Positions 27,005 to 36,102 of a stretch of 64,000 nt of DNA are shown piece after piece. Position 1 is the stretch's first letter. Every line of letters starts with the position of its first letter. The stretch is from assembly GCA_045651665.1 (NCBI GenBank), contig JAZRSR010000022.1, positions 17,116 to 81,115 of the forward strand. Direction: 5' to 3'. A program made the position numbers and the translations under genes. The notes under the pieces are model-generated. The model was not told the DNA's origin. It saw only the letters and a list, made by a program, of their open reading frames with translations, and searched no databases. The stretch comes from Christensenellaceae bacterium (GTDB lineage: Bacteria > Bacillota > Clostridia > Christensenellales > Borkfalkiaceae).

Positions 27005-27722
27005 TTATCATGGATTTGAAGGTTACAATTTTGAGTTTGATGGTTTAATTGCTAAAATAGTTAAGCCAAAAGTAAAGCCTAACGGAAAATGGGTATATAA
27101 AACGGAGTATTTTACGGCGTTTCCCGAAACTGAAATTGAGTTCTTAAACCGTGGCTACCACCTTGCATACAACGCGAATTTTACTCGTTGGGCGCCTGAT
27201 AGCGATCTTATAAGAAAGGGTGAATTTATCAAATATATTTCTAAAGAATTTAATCTTGATAGTAAATGTATTCCGGTTGGTATGAGTTGTGGTGGTTTAT
27301 ATGCGGTTAAAGTTGCCGCAATGTTCCCAGAACTTGTAGAGGCTCTTTATATTGATGCTCCCGTTATGAATTTGCTTTCTTGCCCTTGTGATTTAGGCGT
27401 TGGATCGAGTGGTCTTTTCGAAGAATATTATAGGGTTATGAAGATAACTAAGAGCGAACTTTTATCATATAGAGAAAATCCTATTGATAAAATGGATATT
27501 ATCCTTAAAAACGATATTCCAGTTGTGTTAGTTGCAGGTGGTAGTGATACCGTTGTTCCTTACGAAGAAAACGGCAAGATTTTAGAAGAATACTATAAAG
27601 CAAACGGCGGTAGAATTAAGGTGTATATAAAACCGGAGTGCGGGCACCATCCGCATGGGCTTGAAGACCCGACTATCGTTGTTAACGATATTGAAGAGTA
27701 TATTAGAGAAAATTCAAAATGA
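26991..27722 (+). CDS. Alpha/beta hydrolase
   Basis: GMSCGG nucleophile elbow (GxSxG) and a C-terminal GHHPHG His motif. Confidence 0.7.
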   Translation: MEKFDYHGFEGYNFEFDGLIAKIVKPKVKPNGKWVYKTEYFTAFPETEIEFLNRGYHLAYNANFTRWAPDSDLIRKGEFIKYISKEFNLDSKCIPVGMSCGGLYAVKVAAMFPELVEALYIDAPVMNLLSCPCDLGVGSSGLFEEYYRVMKITKSELLSYRENPIDKMDIILKNDIPVVLVAGGSDTVVPYEENGKILEEYYKANGGRIKVYIKPECGHHPHGLEDPTIVVNDIEEYIRENSK

Positions 27723-28573
27723 AACTATCAACTGAAATATCGTCGTTATCAAGAATTGTTGGGGAAGTAAAGGCGGTTGAAATGCTTGCAAAAGCGGGGT
27801 TTAATGCTTGGGATTTTTCAATGTTCAAACTTGGCTCTTTAGATTTAACGTCAAAAACTTTAATTGATTATCCGCTAAATAAAGATAATTACGCCGAATT
27901 TGCAAAAAAACTTAGAAAAGTTGGCGAAGACAACGGGGTTAGATGTAATCAATCGCACGCGCCTTATCCAATTTGTGATAAAGTTAAAAGGTCCTATCTA
28001 AAAAGAGCGATAGAATGTACGGCTATTGCAGGTGGAGATATTTGCGTTATTCATCCAGATAATGATTTATCTCATATAGAAAACGCGGAATTTTATAATG
28101 AACTTTTACCGTTTGCAAAAGAGCACGGTGTAAAAATAGCAACGGAAAATATGTGGAATTATAATACTACTACTTGGGAGATTGTAAGCGCCGCATGTTC
28201 CGATGAGAAAAGTTTTGTTAATCATTTGAATGAGGTTGGCGATGATTATTTCGTTGCGTGTTTAGATATTGGGCACGCTGAAATAAAGTCACTTAATACG
28301 TCCGCTGTAAAAATGATAAAAGCGCTTGGTCAAAAACTTCAAGCGCTACATATTCACGATACCGATTTAGTTCATGATAACCACCAAATTCCGTTTTCTA
28401 TGAAAATTGATTTCCTTCCCATAATAAAGGCGTTAAAAGAGATAAAATACGGTGGTTACTTTACCCTTGAAGCTGACGCTTATTTGAAGGATTTTACCTT
28501 GGATACGGTGGCTGAAGGTGTTAAAAATTTATATTTATCCGCCAAAAAGTTTGAAGATTTGTTTAATAGTTAA
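27719..28573 (+). CDS. Sugar phosphate isomerase/epimerase (xylose isomerase-like TIM barrel)
   Basis: The pattern VIHP...ATEN...DIGHA...HIHD...LE of metal ligands is typical of AP-endonuclease-2/xylose isomerase-like barrels. Confidence 0.75.
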   Translation: MKLSTEISSLSRIVGEVKAVEMLAKAGFNAWDFSMFKLGSLDLTSKTLIDYPLNKDNYAEFAKKLRKVGEDNGVRCNQSHAPYPICDKVKRSYLKRAIECTAIAGGDICVIHPDNDLSHIENAEFYNELLPFAKEHGVKIATENMWNYNTTTWEIVSAACSDEKSFVNHLNEVGDDYFVACLDIGHAEIKSLNTSAVKMIKALGQKLQALHIHDTDLVHDNHQIPFSMKIDFLPIIKALKEIKYGGYFTLEADAYLKDFTLDTVAEGVKNLYLSAKKFEDLFNS

Positions 28574-28582
28574 GGAGATGTT

Positions 28583-29410
28583 ATGAAAATTCAATTTTTA
28601 GGAACTGCTGCTGCAGAAGGTTTTCCCGCTACGTTTTGTAACTGTGATTACTGCAATAAGGCTCGTGAACTTGGTAAAAGTGAATATCGTACGCGTTCTC
28701 AAACTATAATTGATGATAAACTCTTAATTGATTTACCTGCTGATACCTATATGCATTTTCTCCAAAGCGGTATTAAAGGAGATGAAATTGAAAGTTTAAT
28801 TATTACACACTCTCACGGTGATCATTTTTACGAAAAAGAACTTGATATGCGTGGAAACGGCTACGCTAAAAATATGAAAGTTCAAAAAATTAACCTTTTA
28901 ATTCCTTCTGATTGCGAAGAAAGGATTTTTAAGCTTGGTAAACACGCTACAGATGGTTTTAACGTTTTGATAGCGGAAAATTTCAAAACGTTTAATCTTA
29001 ACGGTTATGAAATTACTTCATTTCCCGCAAGGCACGGTTACGGTTGGATTAAAGCGCACGTTTACTTAATTAAAAAAGATGGTAAAACTTTCTTCTACGG
29101 GCACGATACTGGCTATTTTTACGAAGAAATATTTGATCATCTTGTAAAGAATAGGGTTTATCTTAACGGAATTACTCTTGATTGTTGCTATGGTGGTATT
29201 CCTATTAGCGACGAGGGTGGTCATATGGGTTATGATAACGTTGAAAGATTGCTTAAACGCCTTGAACAATTAGGCGTAGTAGATTGTAATACGATAAAAA
29301 TTGTAAATCATTTCTCGCACAACGCAAATCCAATTCAAAGTGAAGTTGAAAATGCTGTCAGGGATTTTGGTGCGCTTGTTAGTTACGATGGATTTACGGT
29401 TGAGGTTTAA
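28583..29410 (+). CDS. MBL-fold metallo-hydrolase (PhnP/PqqB-like phosphodiesterase type)
   Basis: LGTAAAEGFPATFCNCDYCNKAR N-terminal Cys motif and ITHSHGDHF (HxHxDH). Confidence 0.72.
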   Translation: MKIQFLGTAAAEGFPATFCNCDYCNKARELGKSEYRTRSQTIIDDKLLIDLPADTYMHFLQSGIKGDEIESLIITHSHGDHFYEKELDMRGNGYAKNMKVQKINLLIPSDCEERIFKLGKHATDGFNVLIAENFKTFNLNGYEITSFPARHGYGWIKAHVYLIKKDGKTFFYGHDTGYFYEEIFDHLVKNRVYLNGITLDCCYGGIPISDEGGHMGYDNVERLLKRLEQLGVVDCNTIKIVNHFSHNANPIQSEVENAVRDFGALVSYDGFTVEV

Positions 29411-29413
29411 TAT

Positions 29414-30049
29414 ATGCAATACGACACTTATTTATTTGATTTTGATGGAACGCTTGTTGATTCGATGCCAACCTTTGTTAAAGCTATGCTTAAGGTACTT
29501 GATGATTATGGGGTGAAATACGGCGATGATATAGTAAAAATTATAACACCGCTTGGCTATAAGGGTAGTGCTGAGTATTTTCAAAAACTTGGATTAAAAC
29601 TTTCCGTTGATGAAATTATTGAGCTTATAAACGAGTTTGCTATTAACGAGTATACTTATAATATTCCTGCTAAAGCAAACGTTGTAGATACTCTTGTTAA
29701 ACTTAAAAATCGTGGCGCTGACTTAAACGTTTTAACTGCAAGCCCACACATTATGTTAGACCCTTGCTTAAAGCGTTTAGGTATGTTTGATTTGTTTACC
29801 AACGTATGGTCTTGTGAAGATTTTTCAACTACAAAAGCGGACCCTGAAATTTACAAAACGGCAAGTAGAAAAATCGGTAAAAAAATCGATAAAATCGTAT
29901 TTTTAGACGATAATTTCAATGCGTGCCAAACCGCAAAAACAGCGGGTATGGGAGTTTATGGTGTGTATGATAAATCATCACAAGAGTTTGTTGAAGATAT
30001 GAAAAAAATAACCGATAAATACGTTTATGATTTTAGTGAACTTTTATAA
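29414..30049 (+). CDS. HAD-superfamily hydrolase (phosphatase, subfamily IA-like)
   Basis: YLFDFDGTLVDS motif I, LTAS motif II and FLDDN motif IV. Confidence 0.85.
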   Translation: MQYDTYLFDFDGTLVDSMPTFVKAMLKVLDDYGVKYGDDIVKIITPLGYKGSAEYFQKLGLKLSVDEIIELINEFAINEYTYNIPAKANVVDTLVKLKNRGADLNVLTASPHIMLDPCLKRLGMFDLFTNVWSCEDFSTTKADPEIYKTASRKIGKKIDKIVFLDDNFNACQTAKTAGMGVYGVYDKSSQEFVEDMKKITDKYVYDFSELL

Positions 30050-30060
30050 GATCAAATTAA

Positions 30061-30087
30061 AAAAATCGCTCAAACGAGCGGTTTTTT
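30061..30087. terminator. Bidirectional terminator between the HAD hydrolase and araC-family genes
   Basis: AAAAATCGCTC-AAAC-GAGCGGTTTTTT, with an A-run on one side and a T-run on the other. Confidence 0.6.
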
Positions 30088-30943
30088 AATTTGCGATTAT
30101 TTGCATATTTTTAGGAGAAATTCCAAATTTCAACTTAAACGCTTTGCTAAAAGCGAAAGGTGAGGAATAGTTTAGCATTTCTGATATTTCAGATATTTTG
30201 TATTTGTTTTCAAGTATTAAAACTTTTGCCGTTTCAAGTTTTCTCGATTGAAAATAATCAAACAGCGTTTTTCCGGTAGTTTTCTTAAATAGACTAGATA
30301 GATAACTGTAATTATAGTTAAATTTTGGAGCAATCGTTTCAAGGTTCGATATTGAGTATATGTGCGTGTCAAGGTAGTTCATTACTTGATAGCACAAAAT
30401 TTCGTTTTCAGTAAATTTTGCCGTTCCGTCTTTGACGTTACTAAAATCTCTTATTAAATAAATGGCTATTTGATTGAAGATGTTTTCAAGAATTTCATTA
30501 ACGTAGGTTTTTTCAGATGAAAATTCAGAAATTGCATTGCCTATTAGGTTGCTAATTTTGGGGTTTACAAAAACCCGACTTCCCGTACCAAACAGTTTAG
30601 CTGAAATTTTTTTTAATTCGGAATTAAATTCGCCGTCTTTATATTCAAAAGAGAAATAGTCGTATTCAAGCATTGATGAACTACTTGCTCTTATTTCGTG
30701 AATATCGCAAGGGATTGATAGGTGAATATCTCCTGATTTTAGTGGGTAGCTTGCCCCGTTTGTCGTTATCGTGCCTTCGCCACCGGTAACTATTGTGAGT
30801 TCGTAAAAGTTTTGGTGGGTATGCGCGGAGATAATTTCATTTTCCTTGCAGTATCTTCTACCAATTTGAAGTAGTTTTAAGTTGCCGTATTCTTTAGGAT
30901 TTTCCATAAAAGAACGGTCGAAAATAAATCTTGGTGATTGCAT
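30086..30943 (-). CDS. AraC-family transcriptional regulator (cupin sensor plus HTH)
   Basis: N-terminal cupin-like domain (HTHQNFYELTIV) and C-terminal double HTH (ISEMLNYSSPFAFSKAFKLKFGISP). It is divergent from the operon at 31136. Confidence 0.85.
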   Translation of the reverse strand: MQSPRFIFDRSFMENPKEYGNLKLLQIGRRYCKENEIISAHTHQNFYELTIVTGGEGTITTNGASYPLKSGDIHLSIPCDIHEIRASSSSMLEYDYFSFEYKDGEFNSELKKISAKLFGTGSRVFVNPKISNLIGNAISEFSSEKTYVNEILENIFNQIAIYLIRDFSNVKDGTAKFTENEILCYQVMNYLDTHIYSISNLETIAPKFNYNYSYLSSLFKKTTGKTLFDYFQSRKLETAKVLILENKYKISEISEMLNYSSPFAFSKAFKLKFGISPKNMQIIAN

Positions 30944-31064
30944 ATTTTGATTATACTAAAAAAATACGTGTATGTCAATAAAGAAAAGTATGTTTTTATG
31001 GTCTACAAATCTATTTTTAACATAAAATATAAAAAAATGATATGTTTTATATAGAAATTAGATA

Positions 31065-31093
31065 TTTACAAACTAAATAAAAAGTTATATAAT
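31065..31093 (+). promoter_or_regulatory. Sigma-A-type promoter for the Gfo/Idh/MocA operon
   Basis: TTTACA, a 17-nt spacer, then TATAAT. Confidence 0.55.
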
Positions 31094-31097
31094 TTTA

Positions 31098-31118
31098 ATA
31101 TCAAAATAAATTTGATAT
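31098..31118. promoter_or_regulatory. Inverted repeat at the predicted transcription start of the Gfo/Idh/MocA operon (candidate operator)
   Basis: ATATCAAA-ATAAA-TTTGATAT: perfect 8-bp arms between the -10 and the RBS. Confidence 0.3.
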
Positions 31119-31135
31119 AAAAGGAGAAAAATATT

Positions 31136-32188
31136 ATGACTACTGTAGCAATAATCGGTTGTGGAAGAATTGCAAACAACGCTCATTTACCAGCTCTTTC
31201 TGAACTCGAAAACGTTAGAATTAAATACGCTTGCGATATTATCGAATCAAAGGCTGAAGTGGCTAAAGAAAAATTCCCTAAAATTGAACAAGTTATAACT
31301 GATTATAAAGTTGCTCTTGCAGACGCGGAAGTTGACGCTGTATTCGTTCTTACACCCAACTTCGCTCACTACACAATTACTATGGATGCTCTTAAAGCAG
31401 GCAAGCACGTTCTTTGCGAAAAGCCTATTACTGTAAACTATCCGTTATCAGTTGAAATGGCAAGCGAAGCTGAAAAGCAAGGTAAAATCTTAAATATCGG
31501 TGTATGCAATAGATACAACAAGTCTGTTGAAATGCTTAGAGAATGGGTTGACGCAGGTAAATTTGGTAACTTATATCACGTTTACTGTTCATTTAGAAGT
31601 TTTAGATCAATTCCTGGTCTTGGCGGTGACTTTACAACCAAGTCTCAGTCTGGTGGTGGTGTACTTATCGACTGGGGTATTCACTTCTTCGATCTTATCT
31701 TATATATTCTTGGTGGCGCTAAGCTTAAAAACGTTACTTGCGACGCTTACAATGAAATGGCTAAAGATATGAAGTCTTATAAATACAAAGGTATGTGGGC
31801 TGAAGATACTAAAAACCTTGACGGTACTAATGACGTTGACGACTTTATTACTGGTTACGTTCGTACCGATAAAGCAAGCATTTCTTTCAACGGTGCTTGG
31901 GCTCAAAACGTTGACGTTCCTGAAATGTATATTGACTTCCTTGGTGATAAGGGTGGCGCTCGTCTTCAATACGGCGACAAGTTCACTTTCTATGATGGTC
32001 AAACTTTAGAATCTATGACTCCTGATTACGATATTCCTAATATGTATAAGCGTGAAGACGAAGCTTTCATTAAGTCTATCGAAACCGGCGTTAAAGATAA
32101 GAATAATATCGTTAATATTTTAGAAAGCATGAAACTTCTCGATGCTCTTTATGAATCAAGCGAAAAGAAGGCGGAGGTTAAATTCTAA
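31136..32188 (+). CDS. Gfo/Idh/MocA family oxidoreductase
   Basis: VAIIGCGRIANNAH Rossmann motif and the VLCEKP signature. Confidence 0.85.
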   Translation: MTTVAIIGCGRIANNAHLPALSELENVRIKYACDIIESKAEVAKEKFPKIEQVITDYKVALADAEVDAVFVLTPNFAHYTITMDALKAGKHVLCEKPITVNYPLSVEMASEAEKQGKILNIGVCNRYNKSVEMLREWVDAGKFGNLYHVYCSFRSFRSIPGLGGDFTTKSQSGGGVLIDWGIHFFDLILYILGGAKLKNVTCDAYNEMAKDMKSYKYKGMWAEDTKNLDGTNDVDDFITGYVRTDKASISFNGAWAQNVDVPEMYIDFLGDKGGARLQYGDKFTFYDGQTLESMTPDYDIPNMYKREDEAFIKSIETGVKDKNNIVNILESMKLLDALYESSEKKAEVKF

Positions 32189-33024
32189 TGAAAACTATTG
32201 GTTTTGTTGATTGTTTCTTAGATAATTTCCATGCAAATAAGTACGTTCAATGGATTAAAGAGTATAACGAAAAGAACGGCACCGATTTCGTTGTTAAGTA
32301 CGCTTGGGCTGAAGAAGATTTAGCCGGGGGAAAAACTAATGACGATTGGTGTAAAGATAACGGAGTTACGAGATGCGCTACCATTGCTGAAGTTTGCGAA
32401 AAGAGTGATTTTTTAATGGTTCTTGCTCCTGCAAGACCTGAAACTCACTTAAGATACTGTGAAGAAGTTTTCAAGTATGGCAAACTTACCTACGTTGACA
32501 AAACGTTTGCTCCCGATTACGCTACTGCAAAGAAGATTTTTGAATTAGCTGAAAAATACAACGTTAAATTCTTCAGTAGTTCTGCTCTTCGTTTTGCTAA
32601 GGAACTTCCAAAATGCAATCCTAATCCTAACGTTTTAACTATTATGGGTGGTGGTAATTTTGACGAGTATATTATTCACTGTATTGAAATTGCCGTTAAA
32701 TTTATGGGTTGTGGCGCTTCAAAAGTTAGATACGAAAAGTATTTTGATCAAGAATGGGCTGATATCGTATATGAAAATGGCAAACTCGTTAAAATTAACT
32801 TAACGTTATATAACGATTATTTCCTTATCGCTCCCGATATGGACGGTATTTCAAAGATGGTTCCTGTTGGTTGGGATTTCTTCGTTGAATTACTTGGTGA
32901 TATTTTACGTTTCTTTGAAACTGGCGAAGTTTCGTTTGACGTTAACCAAACGTTAGAAGTTATTAAAATTAGAGAAGCTCTTATTACTGCTAAGGAGAAT
33001 GCTGGAGAATGGAAAACGCTTTGA
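32188..33024 (+). CDS. Gfo/Idh/MocA-like protein lacking the glycine-rich NAD motif (function unknown)
   Basis: Its N-terminus IGFVDCFLDNFHAN occupies the place of GxGxxG. Its start overlaps the upstream stop (TAATG), which suggests operon membership. Confidence 0.5.
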   Translation: MKTIGFVDCFLDNFHANKYVQWIKEYNEKNGTDFVVKYAWAEEDLAGGKTNDDWCKDNGVTRCATIAEVCEKSDFLMVLAPARPETHLRYCEEVFKYGKLTYVDKTFAPDYATAKKIFELAEKYNVKFFSSSALRFAKELPKCNPNPNVLTIMGGGNFDEYIIHCIEIAVKFMGCGASKVRYEKYFDQEWADIVYENGKLVKINLTLYNDYFLIAPDMDGISKMVPVGWDFFVELLGDILRFFETGEVSFDVNQTLEVIKIREALITAKENAGEWKTL

Positions 33025-34031
33025 AAAAGTTTAGAGTAGCCGTTATCGGTTGTGGTAGAGTGTCTGTAATGCACTTCGTTTCAATCGAAATGTGTAAAGA
33101 CGTAGAACTCGTTGCTTGCTGTGATATTAAAAAAGATAGGGCGGATGCTTTTGCTGAAAAATATGGCGTTAAATCATACACTTCTTATGAAGAAATGATT
33201 GCTAATGAAAATCTTGATGCGGTTCACCTTTGTCTTCCTCATTATATACATTGTAAAGTTGCAATGTACGCAATGAATAAAGGTGTTGCCGTTTTAACTG
33301 AAAAACCTATGGATATCGATTTTGAAACGGCTGAAAAAGCAGTTTTATTCGCTGAAGAAAAAGGTGTTCAATTCGGTGTTATTTCTCAATGTCGTTACAA
33401 TAACTCTGCAAAACTCGTAAAAAAAGCCGTTCAAAGTGGTAAACTTGGTAAAGTTATAACTGCGCGTTCAATTCTTACTTGGTCACGTTCAGACGACTAC
33501 TATTCGGGTAGTGACTGGAAGGGTACTTGGGATAAAGAAGGCGGTGGCGTAGTTATTGACCAAGCAATTCACTCTATTGATTTAGTTCATTGGATTGTTA
33601 ATAGTGAAGTTGAAAAAGTTTCTTGTTCAATGGCTAACCGTGGCCACGAAAAAGTTGTAGTTGAAGATACTGCTGAAGGGCTTATCACATATAAAAACGG
33701 TGTTAAGTATGCTTTCTATTGTATGAATAACTACGGTATGGACGAACCTATTGAAATTCGCTTATACTGTGAAAACGGTAGGGCTGTATTTGGTTATGAC
33801 GACGCGTACATTTATTATAACGACGGAACTGTTGAAGAAGCTCATCAAAATGAAAATACCGTTGAATATGAAGGCGGTAAAGATTATTGGGGCTTCCAAC
33901 ACGAAAAGCAAATTCGTCAATTCTATAATGCGTTAGCAGGTATTGAACCGCTTGAAATTTCTGGTAGAGAAGCGCTCAACACTCATAGACTTATTATGGA
34001 TATATACGAAATTGGTAGAAGGAGTATGTGA
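33009..34031 (+). CDS. Gfo/Idh/MocA family oxidoreductase
   Basis: VAVIGCGRVSVMH Rossmann motif and the VLTEKP signature. Confidence 0.85.
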   Translation: MENALKKFRVAVIGCGRVSVMHFVSIEMCKDVELVACCDIKKDRADAFAEKYGVKSYTSYEEMIANENLDAVHLCLPHYIHCKVAMYAMNKGVAVLTEKPMDIDFETAEKAVLFAEEKGVQFGVISQCRYNNSAKLVKKAVQSGKLGKVITARSILTWSRSDDYYSGSDWKGTWDKEGGGVVIDQAIHSIDLVHWIVNSEVEKVSCSMANRGHEKVVVEDTAEGLITYKNGVKYAFYCMNNYGMDEPIEIRLYCENGRAVFGYDDAYIYYNDGTVEEAHQNENTVEYEGGKDYWGFQHEKQIRQFYNALAGIEPLEISGREALNTHRLIMDIYEIGRRSM

Positions 34032-34033
34032 TT

Positions 34034-34876
34034 ATGAAAATAGGTATAATAACCGATTGTTTTAAGAGTACTCACGAAGAAGGTATAAAAAAAGCAGCGA
34101 TGCTCGGTCTTCAGGGTGTTCAAATTTACGCAACTACCGGTGATTTTAGTCCCGAACTTTCAACTGAAAAAAAGGAAGAGTACAAGAAGCTCTTAAAAGA
34201 CAATAATTTGGTTGTTAGCGCTCTTTGTGGCGATATGGGTGGTTATGGTTTTGAAAAGGCTGAAGACAATGCTGATAGAATTGAAAAAACTAAAAAAATT
34301 GTCGATCTTGCCGTAGAATTTGGAACAAACGTTGTTACTACTCATATTGGTGTTATTCCCGAAGATAAAGCAAATCCAAGATACAAAGTTATGCTTGACG
34401 CCCTTACTGAATGTGGCTTATACGCTAAGTCAAAAGGTGTTACTCTCGCTATTGAAACCGGCCCTGAAAAAGCAAAAATCTTACTTCAATTTATTGAAGA
34501 TACAAAAGGTGGCGTAGGTGTAAACCTTGACCCTGCAAACTTTACTATGGTTACAGGTCAAGACGCTGTTGAAGCGGTTTATATCTTAAAAGACCATATC
34601 GTTCATACTCATCTTAAAGATGGTAGAATGCTTGATAAAAATCAAGATCCGACGGACGTTTATCACGCATTTGCAATCGGTGGGGTAGACGCGCTTAACG
34701 CTTGCGAAGGCTTTATTGAACTCCCCATTGGCGAAGGTGACGTTGATTGGGATAATTATATAAAAGCGCTTAAAGAAATTGGCTACGATGGTTTCTTAAC
34801 TATTGAGCGTGAAGCAGGTGACGATCCCGTTAAAGATATGGAACTTGCAGCAAGCTTTATAAGAACTAAAATTTAA
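34034..34876 (+). CDS. Sugar phosphate isomerase/epimerase (xylose isomerase-like TIM barrel)
   Basis: VTTHIG...IETG...NLDPAN...HTHLKD...IE metal-ligand pattern. ATG 34034 is suitably spaced from AGGAG. Confidence 0.8.
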   Translation: MKIGIITDCFKSTHEEGIKKAAMLGLQGVQIYATTGDFSPELSTEKKEEYKKLLKDNNLVVSALCGDMGGYGFEKAEDNADRIEKTKKIVDLAVEFGTNVVTTHIGVIPEDKANPRYKVMLDALTECGLYAKSKGVTLAIETGPEKAKILLQFIEDTKGGVGVNLDPANFTMVTGQDAVEAVYILKDHIVHTHLKDGRMLDKNQDPTDVYHAFAIGGVDALNACEGFIELPIGEGDVDWDNYIKALKEIGYDGFLTIEREAGDDPVKDMELAASFIRTKI

Positions 34877-34884
34877 CAAAATTT

Positions 34885-34916
34885 ATGCGGTGCATTTTGC
34901 ACCGCATTTTTTTATA
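34885..34916 (+). terminator. Intrinsic terminator after the Gfo/TIM-barrel operon
   Basis: ATGCGGTGC-ATTTT-GCACCGCAT followed by TTTTTTT. Confidence 0.85.
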
Positions 34917-34985
34917 ATTATCAATAAAATATTTGCTTTTTTTAAGTTTTTTATGTTAAAATAAAAGAAAAACGGAGTAATTAAA

Positions 34986-35969
34986 ATGAGTATTCGTATA
35001 GGTATTTACGGTTATGGAAATCTTGGTAGGGGCGTTGAGTGCGCTCTTAAACAAAACGATGATTTTGAACTTGTAGGTGTATTTACAAGGCGTGCGCCTG
35101 AAACTGTTAAAACCGTATTTAACGCCCCCGTTTATAACGCTAATGACGTTTTGTCTTTTAAGGGTAAGATTGACGTTTTAATTATATGTGGTGGTAGCGC
35201 AACTGATCTTCCTTATCAAACTCCTGAACTTGCTAAAAACTTTTCAGTAGTTGATAGTTTTGATACTCACGCAAAAATTCCAGAACATTTCGATAACGTA
35301 AATAAAGCTTGTTTAGAAAATTCAACTACGGCTCTTATTTCCGGTGGTTGGGATCCTGGTATGTTTTCACTTAACCGTCTTTACGCGTCAAGCGTACTTG
35401 CTAACGGCAACTTTTACACTTTTTGGGGTAAGGGCGTAAGCCAAGGCCATTCCGATGCTATAAGGCGTATTGACGGCGTTTTAGATGCTAAACAATATAC
35501 AATCCCCGTTGAAGATGCGTTAAATAGAGTAAGAAATGGCGAAAACCCTGAACTTTCTACTAGAGAAAAGCATATAAGAGAGTGTTTCGTTGTAGTTAAA
35601 GAAGGCGCTGACAAGTCTAAAATAGAAAATGAAATTAAAACTATGCCTAACTATTTTGCTGACTACGATACTACCGTGCATTTTATTTCTAAAGAAGAAC
35701 TCCAAGAAAATCACTCGGGCATTCCCCACGGCGGTTTTGTTATATGTTCTGGTAAAACTGGCAAAAATCTTGAAAATAACCACGTTATTGAATATAGCTT
35801 AAAACTTGATTCTAACCCCGAATTTACTTCTTCAGTTTTGGTTGCTTATGCAAGGGCAATAGCAAGGCTTAATAGCGAAAAGGTTTACGGTTGCAAAACG
35901 GTTTTTGATATTGCGCCTGCCTACTTATCAAGGTTGTCGGCAGAACAATTAAGAAAAAATTTATTATAA
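34986..35969 (+). CDS. ddh: meso-Diaminopimelate D-dehydrogenase
   Basis: IRIGIYGYGNLGRGVE N-terminus, GWDPGMFS and WGKGVSQGHSDA motifs characteristic of Ddh. It is flanked by terminators. Confidence 0.82.
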   Translation: MSIRIGIYGYGNLGRGVECALKQNDDFELVGVFTRRAPETVKTVFNAPVYNANDVLSFKGKIDVLIICGGSATDLPYQTPELAKNFSVVDSFDTHAKIPEHFDNVNKACLENSTTALISGGWDPGMFSLNRLYASSVLANGNFYTFWGKGVSQGHSDAIRRIDGVLDAKQYTIPVEDALNRVRNGENPELSTREKHIRECFVVVKEGADKSKIENEIKTMPNYFADYDTTVHFISKEELQENHSGIPHGGFVICSGKTGKNLENNHVIEYSLKLDSNPEFTSSVLVAYARAIARLNSEKVYGCKTVFDIAPAYLSRLSAEQLRKNLL

Positions 35970-35975
35970 AAGTAA

Positions 35976-36006
35976 AATGCTAAACTATGTTTAGCATTTT
36001 TTTTGT
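35976..36006 (+). terminator. Intrinsic terminator after ddh
   Basis: AATGCTAAAC-TAT-GTTTAGCATT followed by a T-run. Confidence 0.75.
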
Positions 36007-36042
36007 TTATTTTTATACTTTTTATTAAAATTAACTTTACTC

Positions 36043-36071
36043 TTGCATTTATTTCGTTTTTATTATATAAT
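36043..36071 (+). promoter_or_regulatory. Sigma-A-type promoter for the NahK-like kinase-dxs transcription unit
   Basis: TTGCAT, a 17-nt spacer, then TATAAT. Confidence 0.5.
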
Positions 36072-36102
36072 GTATAATATAATACAATATGTAGGGGTGC
36101 GT

